Below are positions 63,002 to 64,000 of a DNA stretch of 64,000 bases, piece by piece. The notes under the pieces were generated by a model. The model did no database searches. It was not told where the DNA came from and worked only from the letters and a program-made list of their open reading frames with translations. The translations under genes and the position numbers were made by a program. This DNA comes from a virus (lineage: Duplodnaviria > Caudoviricetes), in IMG/VR virus record IMGVR_UViG_3300017707_000735, positions 12,322 through 76,321 of that record, one strand, 5' to 3'. Within the stretch, counting starts at the first letter, position 1; each line of letters begins with the position of its first letter.

Positions 63002-64000
63002 CTACAATTTTACATTACCAATAGCTAACTCATATGGTAAAGTATAATCTCTGTTTTCATAATGATAGTTCAACACATTAAGTAGACCAGAGAAATTCTC
63101 CATCCATACGTTTAGCGTTTCATCTGAAACCTGGAATGGATAAACTTGGTTATACTTATCTATCACAATAAATGTAAACACAATTTTCCATTCACTTGCA
63201 TCAGATCTTTCTTTAATCAGATTATTGAACCCCATGATACAATAGATTGCCGCCTGAACATCATAGCGGTAGAATTCTAGTGTACTTGGGAAGCTTTGAA
63301 TGGATTTGTTGGTTGTCTTAAGGTCACTGATAAAGATAGTCTTGGTGTTCTCATCCACCACTATGCTATCAGCAAAACCTTTGAGACCAAACTTGAAATC
63401 AATGAGATCTGTTTTGAGTGCTACTTCATTGTAAACAGTTACGCCATTAGAGTTATCATGACCTAATTGTAGAAGCCCCATTACCCTGTCATCTGCTTTG
63501 AGGCTAATTAATGATTCTTCTGCCTTTGACTTTACAGAAGTATCAATAACTGTTTTTGATTCTTTGATTTTTAGAAATGTAAAATACTCTTTGTTGTTAT
63601 CTGTAAGTATCTTGTCAAGCCTCTGAGCATCTGTCTTGAGTGATTGATAGAGATTGTTTACGAGTAACTGATTGAGTATATCTGTGGGGAAGTCTTCCAA
63701 AGTTAATGTTTCATTTTGTAATGGCAAGTAATTGTGATAGAAAATATGTTCTAAAATTATCTTGTTACTATCTGTGGGAATCTTCCCCGGTAGCATTACA
63801 AACTGATCATCAAACTTATCTGGCTCCAGTAACAGACAGTGCAGAGCCCTACCTGCAATGAGGTGGGCATCTGTACTATCTTCTTTCTGGTTGAGAATGT
63901 AATGGTTGTAGAACCATCTTGGGGATTGTAAAAGCTTATTTATTCCTGAGTAGCTAAAATAAAACTTCTCATTATAGAACCGGGTTAAGTCCGAGTTCAG
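63002..64000 (-). CDS. PD-(D/E)XK exonuclease (RecE / exonuclease VIII-like, DUF3799-like), 5'-partial
   Basis: The frame stays open to the window end: LNSDLTRFYNEKFYFSYSGINKLLQSP..GRALHCLLLEP precedes the track's Met at 63796. Catalytic KGFADSI..ISDLKTT..YDVQAAIY. Confidence 0.85.
   Translation of the reverse strand: MNSDLTRFYNEKFYFSYSGINKLLQSPRWFYNHYILNQKEDSTDAHLIAGRALHCLLLEPDKFDDQFVMLPGKIPTDSNKIILEHIFYHNYLPLQNETLTLEDFPTDILNQLLVNNLYQSLKTDAQRLDKILTDNNKEYFTFLKIKESKTVIDTSVKSKAEESLISLKADDRVMGLLQLGHDNSNGVTVYNEVALKTDLIDFKFGLKGFADSIVVDENTKTIFISDLKTTNKSIQSFPSTLEFYRYDVQAAIYCIMGFNNLIKERSDASEWKIVFTFIVIDKYNQVYPFQVSDETLNVWMENFSGLLNVLNYHYENRDYTLPYELAIGNVKL

Larger units (their letters stand above)
1..64000. 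mobile_element. Segment of a crAss-like (Crassvirales-related) Bacteroidota phage genome: virion module plus part of the replication module
   Basis: Gene order of ring proteins, muzzle, giant cargo proteins with a DFDID virion RNAP, then an oppositely oriented PolB module. No host housekeeping genes. Leaders are A-rich with no Shine-Dalgarno, typical of Bacteroidota. Confidence 0.93.

Noticed and set aside
1-64000. Stop-codon reassignment (TAG/TGA recoding known in some crAss-like phages)
   Set aside because: Very long ORFs are intact in the standard code, and TAG (84, 58573) and TGA (8568, 11653, 13361) end genes at tight junctions.
1-64000. CRISPR arrays, tRNA or rRNA genes
   Set aside because: No regularly spaced repeats or cloverleaf candidates seen, and intergenic gaps are mostly too short. 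A tRNAscan-SE run would confirm.

Overview
The whole window is one continuous piece of a large Bacteroidota-infecting, crAss-like (Crassvirales-related, phi14:2-type) phage genome, read in the standard genetic code. The + strand (1-58573) is the late virion module. It begins with a cluster of very basic Lys-rich proteins. Next come a head-tail ring protein, a Dps/ferritin-like protein, a probable auxiliary capsid protein, unusually Cys-rich collar/fibre proteins, an IHF-like protein, two more ring proteins and the muzzle/tail-stabiliser. Two modular zincin-containing proteins follow, then five giant putative ejected cargo proteins (1769, 1139, 2631, 3645 and 2241 aa). The 3645-aa protein is a single-chain virion RNA polymerase (GADFDIDK). 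The - strand (58623-64000) is the end of the replication module: a PD-(D/E)XK exonuclease cut by the window edge, two hypotheticals, a family B DNA polymerase and a DUF932-like protein. The two modules converge on an intrinsic terminator. Most notable observations: (1) the last three giant cargo proteins are almost Cys-free yet carry Cys at matching termini (..CKL* / MAC.. and ..CEL* / MGC..), suggesting head-to-tail covalent chaining; (2) a recurring [M/Y/F/A/L]-x-x-G-G motif separates shuffled modules in many putative internal virion proteins, suggesting polyprotein processing or a packaging tag; (3) a TTT(G/A)-N20-TAT(A/T)TT promoter motif recurs with exact spacing; (4) the cargo proteins carry SLOG-, macro-like, nuclease, GNAT, LysM, zincin and beta-barrel-like accessory domains. 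All family assignments come from motif recognition by eye; no database search was run.
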